Of a stretch of DNA of 52,186 nt, positions 26,226 through 38,700 are shown piece by piece. How positions within the stretch are numbered: the stretch's first letter is position 1; every line of letters begins with the position of its first letter. Where the stretch lies: assembly GCA_043754515.1 (NCBI GenBank), contig JAYUUO010000061.1, forward strand, positions 1 through 52,186, written 5' to 3'. The notes under the pieces are model-generated. The model did not search any database. It was not told the origin of the DNA and saw only the letters and a list, made by a program, of their open reading frames with translations. Both the position numbers and the translations under genes were made by a program. The stretch comes from Armatimonadota bacterium (GTDB lineage Bacteria > Armatimonadota > Armatimonadia > Armatimonadales > Armatimonadaceae).

Positions 26226-27053
26226 TCATTTCCGCGTGCGGTCCCACATATTCTTCTGACTACCCCACGGCTCCGGGTTAGTCGCCTCGGGCTTCATCGC
26301 TTTGACATGGCCATCCATAAAGGAGAAGTTCGCCATGCCGCTGTGCTTGATGGAAACAGCCCCCGTTTTTGCGAACTTCCAATCTACCCATGGAATCGGA
26401 ATAGCACTGGTGCGATCGAATGTACCGGACATCCAGGACAACTTCCACTCGGGATCCTTCCAGTCGGTGACGAACGGCGTGCTGAAGCGCACGAAGTTCG
26501 CTACCGTGTCGTTATGCTTCTCGGCGAACGCTATGGTCTCGGCTGGTAGCGCGAAGTCCGCCAGAGTCGGTTGATCAGGGGTCCAGAAGTTGCTCCCGTC
26601 CTGTGCTGTCGCGAATGCTCCGACGAATCCCCAGTAGCGAACGCCCTGACCGATCAAACAGTTCGCGGAATATGAGACAGAGTCGCCTTGCCAATTGCTG
26701 GTTTTATCACGCGCATCGCTCAGGCAGTAGAAGACGCCGTAGCTCTTGGAGTAAGGTTGGACGAGTAGAATCCAGGAGTTGCACCAAGCGGGGTTACCCG
26801 TCCATGCGGGTTCGTTACTCGATGCGGGTGGCATCGTTTCCTCATAATCCTGGACATACTGCACCAAGGCAAGCCCGATCTGCTTCGCGTTCGAGAGGCA
26901 TGAGGTCTGTCGCGCCTTTTCGCGGGCCTGCGCGAAAACGGGTAAAAGGATCGCCGCGAGGATCGCGATAATGGCGATTACCACGAGCAGTTCGATGAGC
27001 GTAAACGCTCGGTTTATGATGCGCCGATCTTGGCGCAAACTTCCAGGCGACAT
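26226..27053 (-). CDS. Prepilin-type N-terminal cleavage/methylation protein with DUF1559 and H-X9-DG motif
   Basis: [39 protein letters not shown] and [16 protein letters not shown]. Confidence 0.95.
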   Translation of the reverse strand: MSPGSLRQDRRIINRAFTLIELLVVIAIIAILAAILLPVFAQAREKARQTSCLSNAKQIGLALVQYVQDYEETMPPASSNEPAWTGNPAWCNSWILLVQPYSKSYGVFYCLSDARDKTSNWQGDSVSYSANCLIGQGVRYWGFVGAFATAQDGSNFWTPDQPTLADFALPAETIAFAEKHNDTVANFVRFSTPFVTDWKDPEWKLSWMSGTFDRTSAIPIPWVDWKFAKTGAVSIKHSGMANFSFMDGHVKAMKPEATNPEPWGSQKNMWDRTRK

Positions 27054-27234
27054 TGTTATTACCTCTTTCACTGCGTTATTAACGAGAATGTGCTATTGTA
27101 CCGGTACGAATTGGCCCACGTCAAGGCGGAAACCGTTTTCTTTATTCGCCTCGGATCGTACGCGACGACCGGCGCATATACAGCCGCAACATCTACAGCG
27201 GAAAGTTGGGCTTCGCCCTCGAAAATTATCCGCT

Positions 27235-27966
27235 TTAATCCGAGGGCGACGCCGCTTCGTCCACGAGGAAGGTCAGCGTCCCGGACACCGGGCGCACCCC
27301 CGCCGCTGGGGTATCCGCGACCGCCGCGCTCCCCCCGCGCACGCGTCCTAGTGGCTCGCGCTTCTTCTCACCCGTCGCCAGAAATAGCACCGCCCGTGCC
27401 GCGTTCAGCACGGGGAACGTCATTGTGATCCGCTCCACCGGCGGGGGTAGCGTTCCCGGCTCCGTCGCGACGACTGGCTCGCTCGTCTCCGTCAGGGACG
27501 GCTTGCCGGGGAACAGGGACGCCGTATGCCCGTCATCACCGAGGCCGAGCAGGATCAGGTCGAACACGATTGGGCCGTCATTGAAGAAGTCACGGAGACG
27601 GCTCGCGTACTCCTCAGCGACATCGGCGGCGGACGGCAGGTATGTCTCAATCGGGTAGCGGTTCGCGGGCGGGAGCGGCACGTGATCCAGTAGCGCACGC
27701 CGCGCCATCATGAAGTTATGCGCGGGATCATCCTCCTCCACGAACCGCTCGTCGCCGACGAACACGAACGTGTCCGCCCACGGCATTTCCTCCCGATAGG
27801 GAGACTCGGCGAGCAGTTTGTACATACGCTCGGGGGTAGTGCCGCCCGACAGCACCCACAGAAACCGCTTCCGCTCGGCGACGGCTTCGCGCGCCGCCGC
27901 TAGCACGATCCGGGCTGCGTGCTCGGCTACCGCGCCGGCGTTCTTCTCCACGATCAGTTCGGACAT
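27235..27966 (-). CDS. pgl: 6-phosphogluconolactonase
   Basis: LSGGTTP, GDERFV, FDLILLGLGDDGHTASLFPG, RITMT. Confidence 0.96.
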   Translation of the reverse strand: MSELIVEKNAGAVAEHAARIVLAAAREAVAERKRFLWVLSGGTTPERMYKLLAESPYREEMPWADTFVFVGDERFVEEDDPAHNFMMARRALLDHVPLPPANRYPIETYLPSAADVAEEYASRLRDFFNDGPIVFDLILLGLGDDGHTASLFPGKPSLTETSEPVVATEPGTLPPPVERITMTFPVLNAARAVLFLATGEKKREPLGRVRGGSAAVADTPAAGVRPVSGTLTFLVDEAASPSD

Positions 27967-28371
27967 GTTTTCGGTTTCCTTTTCCTGCGATTTGATTATT
28001 AACGCGTTGTTCGGTCGTTAGCATGTTGCTAGGTTGGCATAGGGCTAGGGTTATGGGCGTCACGCATGCACTCCGACGACACGCCCCCCGACCACCGACA
28101 CACGCACCGACGACCAGCCCAACTCCCACTCCACCCACGCCGCGACAACATCAATAACTCAACCGCACCCTATAGATGGTCGCACAGGAAAATATTGACG
28201 CGTGACACACGCTTTATAACCTCTTGTACCCGTTCACGAACCGTTTCTACGCTCCGCGCGGGGATCAGTAGCCAATCCTGCTAACCATAACCGCGAATCG
28301 CTATAAGTTGAACACGTTCAACTACTTGACCCGCAACCCACAGCCGGTACAATAGAGGCGAGGTTCCCGAC

Positions 28372-29271
28372 ATGACCGTTGCCATATCCCCCACCCCCGC
28401 GCAAGCACCACTCGACAAGTTTCGGGTCGTGCTGGAGATGATCAAGATCGAACACACCCTGTTCGCGCTCCCGTTCGCCTTCATGGGCGCGCTGCTTGCC
28501 GCGCGTGGTCTGCCCTCCGCGCGGCAGGCGTTGCTGATCTGCGTCGCGATGGTCGGGGCGCGCTCGGCGGCGATGGCGTTCAACCGGATCGTTGACCGTG
28601 GCTACGACGCCCGGAACCCCCGCACGCGGACGCGCGCAATTCCGGCGGGTCTGCTATCGGTGCCGTTCGTGGCCGGGTTCACCGTGTTGTCGTCGGTGCT
28701 TTTCGTCGGCGCGGCGGCGTTGCTAAACCCGCTCGCGCTCCTCCTTTCGCCGCTCGCGCTCGCGCTGGTGTTCTTCTACTCTGTCACCAAGCGGTTCACG
28801 GCGTGGAGCCACGCGTGGCTGGGGCTGGCACTCGCGGTCGCGCCGGTCGGGGCGTGGGTAGCAGTACGCGGCTCGCTGACGGAATGGACGCCGCTTCTGG
28901 TCGGAGCCGCTGTTGTTTGCTGGCTGATCGGGTTCGACATCATCTACGCGTTGCAGGACGTTTCCTTCGACCGCGAGGCTGGACTACACTCAGTTCCGGT
29001 GAAGTTCGGCGCGGGCAATGCGCTCGTGATCGGGCGCGTCGCGCACGCGCTGATGATCGGCTTCCTAATACTCGCCGGTATTACCACGCACCGGGGTATT
29101 TGGTATGATGCCGGGGTGGGACTCGCCGCGCTCCTCATCGGTATCGAGCACGCGATAATCCGCCCGGACGATCTGAAGCGGCTCAACATCGCCTTTTTTA
29201 ATGTCAATATCGCGGTCTCGGCGGGGCTACTCCTGTGTACCGCGCTGGACCTGTTCCTCGGTAGCCGCTAA
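28372..29271 (+). CDS. ubiA: UbiA-like polyprenyltransferase (MqnP/4-hydroxybenzoate type)
   Basis: IKIEHTLFALPFA, ARSAAMAFNRIVDR..DARNPRT..RAIP, YS.TKRFT, GFDIIYALQD..FD. Confidence 0.9.
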   Translation: MTVAISPTPAQAPLDKFRVVLEMIKIEHTLFALPFAFMGALLAARGLPSARQALLICVAMVGARSAAMAFNRIVDRGYDARNPRTRTRAIPAGLLSVPFVAGFTVLSSVLFVGAAALLNPLALLLSPLALALVFFYSVTKRFTAWSHAWLGLALAVAPVGAWVAVRGSLTEWTPLLVGAAVVCWLIGFDIIYALQDVSFDREAGLHSVPVKFGAGNALVIGRVAHALMIGFLILAGITTHRGIWYDAGVGLAALLIGIEHAIIRPDDLKRLNIAFFNVNIAVSAGLLLCTALDLFLGSR

Positions 29272-29289
29272 CCGGCGGAAGGAAAATCT

Positions 29290-29667
29290 ATGAAGAATGC
29301 CCTGTTAGTTCTGGTACACGGCTCGCCACGCCCGGTGGCGAACGAGACGATGTTCGACGTCGTGGAGACGCTGAGGACGCGCCCCGACGTCCGCGACCGG
29401 TTCCCAATCGTCGCAGTCGGATTTATGGAGTGTAACGAGCCGAATATCCCGGACGCGATAAACCAGTGTGTCGCGGACGGCGCGACAAGCCTCACGGCGG
29501 TCCCCTACTTCCTGCACACGGGTACGCACGTCTGCGACGATCTGCCGACGCTACTGGAGGAGGCGCAAGTCCGTCACCCCCACGTCCATTTCCGAATGGC
29601 GGATTACCTGGGACTCTCGCCGCGACTGACCGATCTACTCCTGGTCCGCGCGGGCGCGGTCAAGTAG
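29290..29667 (+). CDS. Short CbiX/SirB-type chelatase
   Basis: LVHGSP, GFMECNEP, VPYFLHTGTHV; 125 aa. Confidence 0.88.
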   Translation: MKNALLVLVHGSPRPVANETMFDVVETLRTRPDVRDRFPIVAVGFMECNEPNIPDAINQCVADGATSLTAVPYFLHTGTHVCDDLPTLLEEAQVRHPHVHFRMADYLGLSPRLTDLLLVRAGAVK

Positions 29668-29712
29668 AAGGGCACGGGGGCGGCGACGCCCGCCTCCCCT
29701 TGCGCGAAAAAG

Positions 29713-29742
29713 AACGCCCGGAGAGTTTCCTCTCCGGGCGTT
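29713..29742. terminator. Rho-independent terminator between convergent genes
   Basis: Perfect 13-bp stem AACGCCCGGAGAG-tttc-CTCTCCGGGCGTT flanked by an A-rich tract and a short T tract. Confidence 0.85.
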
Positions 29743-29779
29743 TAGCTTATCTACCGAACTCCCCCTACTCACCGTCCCC

Positions 29780-32700
29780 TTATTGCGAGGTGTACCCAGT
29801 AAACGACAACGGTTTGGAGTCCAGGTTCGGCGCGAGTGTCTGCCAGTACAGGTCGTACCCGCTAACCGTAATCGCCTGCCCTATCGGTGCCCCGCCGAAG
29901 TAGCTCTGGTACGTCGGGTCGGTTATACGTGCCAGCCCTGTCCGCCCACGCGGACTTGACCAGAACATCCACATCCGGCCCGGTTGCAACGCCGGATCGT
30001 TCGCGGCCTCCGGATACGCGTCCGTGCTGACTCCCGGCGTCGTCCGTCCCGCCGCAGACGCGCGTCCGTCGTACAGGTCCAGGAACACGTACGGCTGGCC
30101 CTCATTTACCGCGTTACTAACCGGGGTCGCGATCCCATCCTCGCCGCCGGACTCGCTGATTGGCGTCAAGACCGTCGAGAAGTCGATCGGTGATTCGACG
30201 ACCGGGTTCGTGTGCGTCGTCTTCGTACCGGTGATAGTAACAATCAGACCTTCCAGGCTCGCCTGAGTGTATATCCGGCCGCTGCTGTAGTCAACCTCGT
30301 ACGGTACATCCGTCCCGTTGACCTTGACCGCTATCTGCACCGTCTGCGGTATGACCAGTATCGGGTTGCCGTATGGGTCCGTGCCACTGGTCGTGGTCGA
30401 GAGTTTGATACTCTCGCCCTCTTTTAGCACATTCAGTGCCTTCATGTCGAGACCGACGCGGCGAGACTTGTAGAACAGTTTAGCCTCCACGCCTCCCAGA
30501 CTAGATCGTTGCCAGTAGAGCCACTGCCGGTCAATACCCTGCCCCAGCGTGCTGTCCCAAGTGCCGTAGCGGGTTTGTACGCCGTACGCGATGGCTCCCA
30601 GAACGTTACCATTATTGTTCCCGGCCGTCGTGTCCACCACGCGACGATCCATGAAGCCGAAGCCCCCTGTTTCCGCCGCGTCGGACGCCGCGACCCGGTA
30701 GGCGAGCGGCGTGTACGTGGCAAGCACCGTCACGCCTTGACTAGCGACTGTCGGCGCGTTCGCCCCGCGGAATGTCACCACGCCCGCCGATGTGTCCACG
30801 TACACGATGACCGGCTTCCCGTTCAGCGTGATCGTCTGGAAGAGCAACTTCGTCGCATTGTCGAGTTGCCAGCCCGCGGGAGCGGCAGTCGTCGTTCCGC
30901 TCACCTTATCCACTATGTCAATGCGAGGCGCGGCCGCGTCGAGGCGGTTGTACCAGCCGACGTGCTTGCCCCGGAAGACGGAAGTGCGTCCCTGCCCGAC
31001 AAGGAGTTCTGTATACTGCTTCGGCAGATCAACCGGCACTAACCGAGCGTTCGCCCCGGAACCGTCCACGCGATACCGGCTCGCTAGTAGGTCAGCACTG
31101 TTACCGCCCCGTACGACCCCAGTGTAGTAAACGTCCACGACCAGTTGCGGTTGGGCGGTGGGGTCATACACCCACAGACCTTGCGCATTCTGGGTGATCC
31201 GCGCCGCGCGGGTCACCGGCATCGGATCGCTCGCCGATGTCACCGCGCCGGGTAACTTCAGTAGCCGCTCCCCGACCGTGCCCGCCGCCTGAGCCGTTGC
31301 CAGTGCCGCCGCGTCTATACCGCCGTTGTTACTCGCGTTCGCCGGAGCCGCGACGTAGAGCAGGCTGTTCTTGCCCGTTGTTCCGCCGTAGTAGATGGTG
31401 AACACGGTTCCCGCAGTCGGCGCGAACACCGCTCGCGGGCTGAGCCGTCGCAGTGTCGCGTCTAGTCGTCCGTCTCCGGTGCGCGGCAGGAGCGACGTGA
31501 ACGTCCCGAGCGTGCCGTCCGTACCCAGTGAGGCGAAGTAGGGTGAGTACTGCGCGTCGCCGGTCGCGGTAGGCACCACGTTCATCACGAACAAGGTCGC
31601 TTCCGCCGTGGCAAGCCCGTTCTGGATCAGCAACGGGTCGTGCAGGATAAACGGTGACAGGTTCGACTCATCGGGCGTGTTGATCTGATTTATCTGCGTC
31701 GGCGGCGCGAACCATGCCCCGGTATTGGCATTCGTGTTGAATAGGTTCGTGCCGTCAATCGGAGTGCCGATACTGGCCGCTTGCCATGTTCCCTCCACCG
31801 CGTTCCAGGTCAGCGAAGTGCCGAACAGGTTGAACGGGGCACCGGGATGGGCATCCACGGAGCGCGGGGCACCGGTGACACCACCCCCAGGGCCTAACAG
31901 TGGGAGGCTACCCACCTCATTTGTGTCGTAATACAACACCAGATTACCCGCCGCCGTCCGGTACGCCGCTGGCGCGAGCGAGGATTCCGGTCGCACCACG
32001 TTGCCCGTCTTGGGGCTAGTGGTGTCGAACATCGGCGCGTTGTCAATACCCGGTAGCACGCCGCTCACGACGGAGGCAAAGAACGAACCACTCGTCAGTG
32101 CCTGATCCGCGATCTGCCCGGTCAACGCCGATTCCACGACCGTGGCCCGTATCCCAAACGCCACCCGTCCGGCTTTCGTCGTCACCGTGGTCGAGGGCAG
32201 ATACTCGTAGAACGGGGCGGAGGGCGTGCCTCCTATGAGTGCCCGTGGCCGAAGCACGCCCTCTCCCGAGCTTGGGATCAGCACGTTATTCTGCAAGAGG
32301 CCCGCGCCGCCCGCGTTTCGGGCGAGCGTTCCGGGGTGCAGGATGTCCTGCCCACCGTATAGCGGCCCCGCCGGGCTGAGCGTGATGCTGTTCGCCGTCC
32401 GAGCCGCGCTCCTCACCGCCGAGTTGTAGACGGGGTAACCAGCATTGTCGCTCGGCGTGTCATGGTCCTCGAAGAACGCGAACGGGGTGCCGCTAATGTT
32501 ATTCGAGTAGATGCCCGACGGAGTGCCCAGCGGCACCGCGATACCGAGCTGGAGCGGAGGCGAATTCGGGTTCGCGACCGTGGTTGACAGCGAGGTCGCG
32601 GGCACGTCCGGTATCCCTAGCACCGTGACCGAGTCGCGCGGGGTTCCAGCCGCCGGTTTGTGGAGCGGATGCCGCCCGCCGAACGACTTGTAGTATGTCG

Positions 32701-35700
32701 CGTAGAACGGAGCCGCGCTGTTGACCTGGAACTGTGCGTCCCAAGCGGTATCGAACTTCTTGTCGAGCGACGTGACCACGTTCGGCATCACGCCCTTCGC
32801 GTTGGTCGCCTTCGGGTCCGCTTCCACGGCGAGAATGCCGAAGTACGGGTTGACGTCCAAACTCTGCATCGCGAAGTATTGGTATGGCGCGCCGTTACCC
32901 GCTGCGTTCGCCACGCTGGGGTTAGCCTTGTACTGCTCGATTTTCTGCGAAGCACGGATGTTCCACAGGTTCACGTTGCTTTTACTTTGCAACGTGATCG
33001 GCGTAAAGAACCGGCTGTACGGGTCAGTCAAACCCGCCACCGTCGAATCGGTCAGCGGCGAGGGCAAGAACCCGATGCTGGTGCCGACCGAGGCGGGAGT
33101 ACCATAACCCAGATAGCCGTCCTGCGTGCCCATGCCATGCGCATAAGCGGAGCCGCTCGGCCCCGGCATGTCCACGGAGGTCTCTTTCTGTGACAGTGAT
33201 ATGTCTACCGGCACGCCGAACCAGGTCTCGAAGTCGCGGTACGGCTCGGTCTCATCGAACCGCCCGTCCCCATTGATATCAAGGTACGCCCGCATCTGCA
33301 CCGTGTAGCCCATGGGAGTCACGGTCAGCAGGTCGGTCGTCCTCGCCGCCGAGGCGTTCGGGTCCGGCGTCCGCAACCCGCGGTCGAACGCGGCGCGGTT
33401 CAACGCGCTGGTCGCCGTGGTACGCGGCAACTGTACGCCGCCCGGACTGGTGAAGTCGGCGGGTGCCTCGTCGGTGGACGGGGCTTCGTATGTCGAGGTC
33501 AGCGAGTGCATGCTTACCAGGTTCGCGGGCTGGAAATACGGGACCTGTACCCGAACTTCCACGCTCGATGCCGCGAAGTTACCACTATTGCCGACGTAGG
33601 TCCAGTCCTGGATGGACGGGTCCTGCACCGTGCTATTGATGCGCGTGGAACCAATCCCGACGCTTGCCTTCAGGTTGCCGCTCGAGCGCACGAGGTCGCC
33701 GGACTCGGTGATTACCTGAATAGTCTGCTTGTTTGCCGCGCTGTCGGTCAACGCAGGGATGTCCGGGTAGTCGGCACTGTTGTTGGACAGCGAGCCGACC
33801 AAACCGACGGCCGCGGAGTCTCGCTCCCAAGGGAGCGTCGCTACCATCGGCTGTTCCCACGGCAGGTAGTTGATGATCCCGTCCGGGCGCATCAGGTACG
33901 CGCCGCCCGCGCCGAGGTTCGGCGTCAGTCGCACGTTCCCGGACGAGGCGACGGTGGGCACGCCGTTCGCGTTCAACGCCCCGTCGTTCGGACGGACATT
34001 CGGACGGATGCCGGGCCAGGAGCGGAACAGCGCGTCAGAGCGGATCTCCACCCGTAGTTTCGCGAGGTTCCTCTGCAAGGAGCGGTTGACGAGGCGGAGC
34101 GTCCGCCGTTGTCCCGCCGTTACGGTCGAGCCGGAGGAGCCGTGATCAATGTTGCCCGCGCTCGCGGCGACCGGCATGTAGAACCCAGGTTCCTTTGTCG
34201 CGTTCGTGCCCGTGCCCGAGTTCAGTTGGCCGCCGTAGTTGAGGTTCCTCTTCAGGTTGGCGGGATTGATCAGATCAAGGTCGAACCGCAGAATCCGGTT
34301 GCCGTTCGTAAGGGCCTGGCTGTATTCATAACCCGCGCGGTCCGGGTCTAACTTGGTCACATCGCCGCCGCCAGCAAGCGCGGCGGGCTGCGCGACGCGG
34401 GTTTTGACCGCCCCCGCCGTGCCCGAATCAGCCCCGGACGCGAACGGCCCGATGCCGTTGTAGACGCGCCCGTTGCCATCGGGGTCCGCGATCGTCGCGA
34501 GTGCCGGTGCCTTGCTGTCGCTACTGAGCAGGAATGCCTGCACCGCTAGCGGGTTAGCTATCGCGATAAGCGGCTTGGCATTGGCTAGCACTTCCGCTTC
34601 CGAGCCACCTACGCCGGGCGAGTTGATCAAAACCCCGCCAGGCAAGTTGAAGGCATTGATGCCGCCGGTCGTGTCGTAGCCGGTGATGCCCGCCTCGTAG
34701 ATGGTGCCTGGAGTCCACCCGGCCGATACCGCGCCGTTACGCCCGTACCCGCGCCGACCATCAGCACCGCCCTGATTGTAGTTCGTATTAACCTGCACGC
34801 GGAGCAGAGCGATCTGGCGCGGGTAGGAATTAGCGTTTCTTTGGGACGGGTCCGCCGGGCGGTTAAGTTGCGTCGTCGGATCATAAGGGTAGCTGAATGT
34901 CTGCAATATCCGCGCGTTCGCGATCACGTTCGGCACGCCGGTCGTACCGGCGGACCGGGTTGTAATGTTCGCGGCGGGTTGGAACGAGACGCTTATGTCG
35001 CGGCGTGGGTTATTCGGCACCCGCGCGATGTCATAGACCACCGCGAAAACGCGCTCCCCGTACTCGTAGTACGGCTTGCCGCTCGCCCGCAGATCGTCCG
35101 TCGCGACCGGTCGTCGCGGGGTCGTCTGTATGCTATTGAAAGTTGTCTCGCTGACCAGCATCAGCCGGGGCGTACCTTGCTCGCCCGGATTGTCTTCCGA
35201 GTTCCCTTCGCCGCCACCACCGACGAAGCCGGAGCCAACGCCGCCACCGTAGAGAGGCACGGAGAACCGGTTCGGCGTGTAGGCATAGAACACGCCGTCG
35301 GAACCGCCAACGAAGATCCACGCGGCGTTCGTTCCGGCCGGGTTCATGTCCGCTTCCGGGCGGATATAAGGATCCGCCGGGTCAAGTGCGCCAGGGAACA
35401 GTTTGAACGGGTCGGTCCGATAAGGCGACGTGGCACCGGTGGAGGTGTCGCGTGGTGTGTCGGGTGTGCCGTCAGCAAGGGGCGTGTAGAACCCGAGGGC
35501 TGTATTAGCGACCGCAGCCGCGTCGCCGGGGGTCACGAACGGCTGAGATTGCGTGGAGCGAACTCGGCGGTTCAGCAACGGCAACGCCTCACCGATGCCG
35601 GTGTATCCCGGAAGGCGAATTAACCCGTTGTCGTTCGTGTTTCCTTCCGCACGTGCCGCTTGCGGGCGGTTGTCCGCAAACTTCTTGTCGTAGAACAGGC

Positions 35701-38700
35701 CGCGCAGGTCGAGCGGCAAACCGGTGCGACCGGTATGCGCGTCCGCCTTAATTTCGGGCCATCCGTCCGGGGTGAGCGGGTCGCCGTCCGGGCCGACATT
35801 GTTGGCGGTGTTGCCGCTATATAAGGAGCGCGGCTCGAAGCGCGGGCGCGGCGTGTCAAACGGGGACGTGAAGGTTCCGGTCCCCAGAACGCCGACGTTG
35901 CGCGGCTCGTACCACGGATACGTCTGGAAGTTCAACGACGGATCGGCGGGCGAGGCACCGAATCCAGTGGCCAACTTCTGTACACTATTGCGGAAGCCGG
36001 GGTCCATCGCGCCGTAGTAGGCGTCCGTGATCATCGCGACTTGGGTTCCGGGTCCCCCAGGACCGCGCATGGACAGCAGGAACGGGCGCATCGGGTTTGC
36101 ACGGAGAGGGTCCGTTGTCACGGCCCAGCCCATCAAGTACTCCGAATCGGTACCCGGTGTCTGCGTCAGTGAGTCCAGCCCGTCGAGTTCAGTCGAGATT
36201 AGCGAGAACAGTCCGTCACTCGAAGTAACGGCAAGCACCGGATATTGGTACGCGCGGTTGAGTTCCGGGTTGATCGCCGCGAGCGAGTTGCCGACCACCG
36301 CAGGGTCAGGATCCGCATAGGTGCCGCGGGTCGTCGCGGCCGGGTCGTCATGATCCTGATTTGTGAACCGCCCGGTTATGTCGAGCGCGGGTACCGCCAG
36401 CAAGGGGTACTTAGTGAAATCGAGCGGCGTGCCAGCCATGAAAGCATCTACATTGTTCTTATCCCAGTAGAAAGGTTGCACATTAGTAGTCGGCACGGTA
36501 CCGCCCGCCGCCGTGTAGGGCACGCCGGGATTGAGCAAACTCGGCGCGTTGTTGGTCGGGAGCGCGGGCACGGTCGGACCATTCACCGGGGCCGCCGTCG
36601 CGTACGGGTGGTTGCGGTTCTGCTGAGGACCGCCACTGACCGTGATGCTGACGATATCTTGCGCGCCCAGTGCCTTGACGATTCTCACGAACGGAGGGCG
36701 GGCGGTGAGCGTCGCGCCACCGACAACGCTGACCGCTTCTAGCGTCGCGTTCGGCGGGTCTAGTCGGCGCGACACCGGCTCGTTGTTCGGCGTGTTGTCG
36801 GCATCGGTATACGTATCAGGGAGCGGGACGAACGGCTTCGTTTCCGTCACGTTGCCGCGCCAGCGGAAGAACAGGCCCGTCTGCGGGTCAATATCGAGCG
36901 CGAACAGCCGCCCGCTCAAACCACCGGCGAACAGGGTGGGCAGAATCCGCTTCTCCGGCAACCCGACCGTGTTGATGTTCGTCGGGTCGTCGGCGACCCC
37001 ACCCACCGGGGTGAATTGCTGGCCCGGCCGGTTACGCGCCTGAACATTCTCGGACGTTCCAGTCGTGTCGTTATACCGCTTGTATACGGGGCGATATGTC
37101 CAGGCGGGCGTCGCGTCGCTGAACGTATACTCCGTCGGCGCGTACATGTCATCCGGCTGGCCGAACGCCACCTTCGTGCCATCCGCGACATCCTTCTTAA
37201 CCGGCTTCACCGACGTATCGCGGCGGTCACCAACCTGATCGAGCAGGTACACCCGCCCGCTGGTCGGGGACTTGCTCCCGTTCAAATCGTTCGCGGCAAT
37301 CGCGACGTACTTCTTGATCTCCCACAAGCCCGTCACCGGGTTCAGCCACGGATAGTCCATCAGGCTCGGCGCGGAGTTGATCGGAGCGAGCCGTGTTTGA
37401 CGCTCGACCGGGTAGTCGGGATAGACGTTGCTCGAGTCGGCGGGCTTGCCGTCCAGTTCGCTGTTATTACCGTCACCGTTAAGGTCACGGTAGCGCGACG
37501 GGAATACCCAGCGCGGACGGACTGTTCCCTCCGTGCCGTCGGCACGGGCGAACGGCGCGGTCGAGTTCGCGTTGTGGAATCGGAAGTTGTCGTTCAGCAA
37601 CCCGGCGTTCGAGCCGCTAAAAATCAGCGACGTGATCTTGTCGGGGCCAGTCACGGGGCCGTCCCAGTCCAGGCTGTACACGCGACCATCGTTCGAGGTC
37701 ACGTACACGCCCTTCGCCTTGGGCGTATTGTTGCCCTGATACTGCGGATGAATACTCGGCGAAACGGCGGGCGCGGTGGTGATGGCCGCTTCGGTCTCGA
37801 ACCACCAGCGCACGTCGGGTGTCCCGCCAACGGCGTCCAGTTTCTTGCGGTACGGGAATGAAGTGGGCGTCGCTACGGTGGACGGCGGGATGATTACTTC
37901 GCCAGGATCCGCGACCGCGTTCAGCGCGTAGAGCACGCCATTCGAGTTGCCGATAAAGAGGCGCGGCTCGTCCGTGAAGCGGTTTAGGGATAGATCCGTG
38001 TCCTCTTTGGCGTAGGCGATCACCGGCGTCGAGTGTGCCCACGCGCCCGTCGCGGGGATACTATCCTTCAGTTTCTGGTTATAGGTCTGCACCGTGTCCG
38101 CGGCAGTCTTTGACGGCGTGAGAACGCTGAATGTCCACATCGCGTTCGTGGAACCAGCATGGTACGTTCCGATCGCCGTCGGATCAGCCGCCGAAATAGC
38201 GGCGGTCGGCGCGTAGTAACGGTTGTCGTTGTTGCCATGCGGATCAATGGCATAAAGAACGCCGTTATCGGAGGCGACGAGCGCGATGCTCGCCTCGACC
38301 GCATTCTGCGGCGCGTCGGGCTGGGAATAGCGACCCGCCGGAACGTTAACCACTCCGCGGATCGGACTCACGTTTACGTTACTGGAGTTTATCCCCGCCG
38401 TCGGCGACGTATACGGGTTCCACGTGTCATCGTAGGCGGGTGCCTTCGTACCAACTTCCGTGGCGCGGGTGTAGATTCGGGGGACGATGGTGATCCCGGC
38501 CTCAATGCCGCCATTGTTATTCCCGCCTTGCCCGACGATGTAGACTTCGTCGTCGGATATGTAGCCGTCGCCGTTTCTATCGTACGCGCCTATGCCCGGA
38601 ACAGTGGGGATTACGTTTCCGCCCGCGTCCGTCGTGTCCGGGTTGCGCAGACCGGCACCCGCCACGGGATTGTCATACTGATCTTTGAACCCGACCGGCA

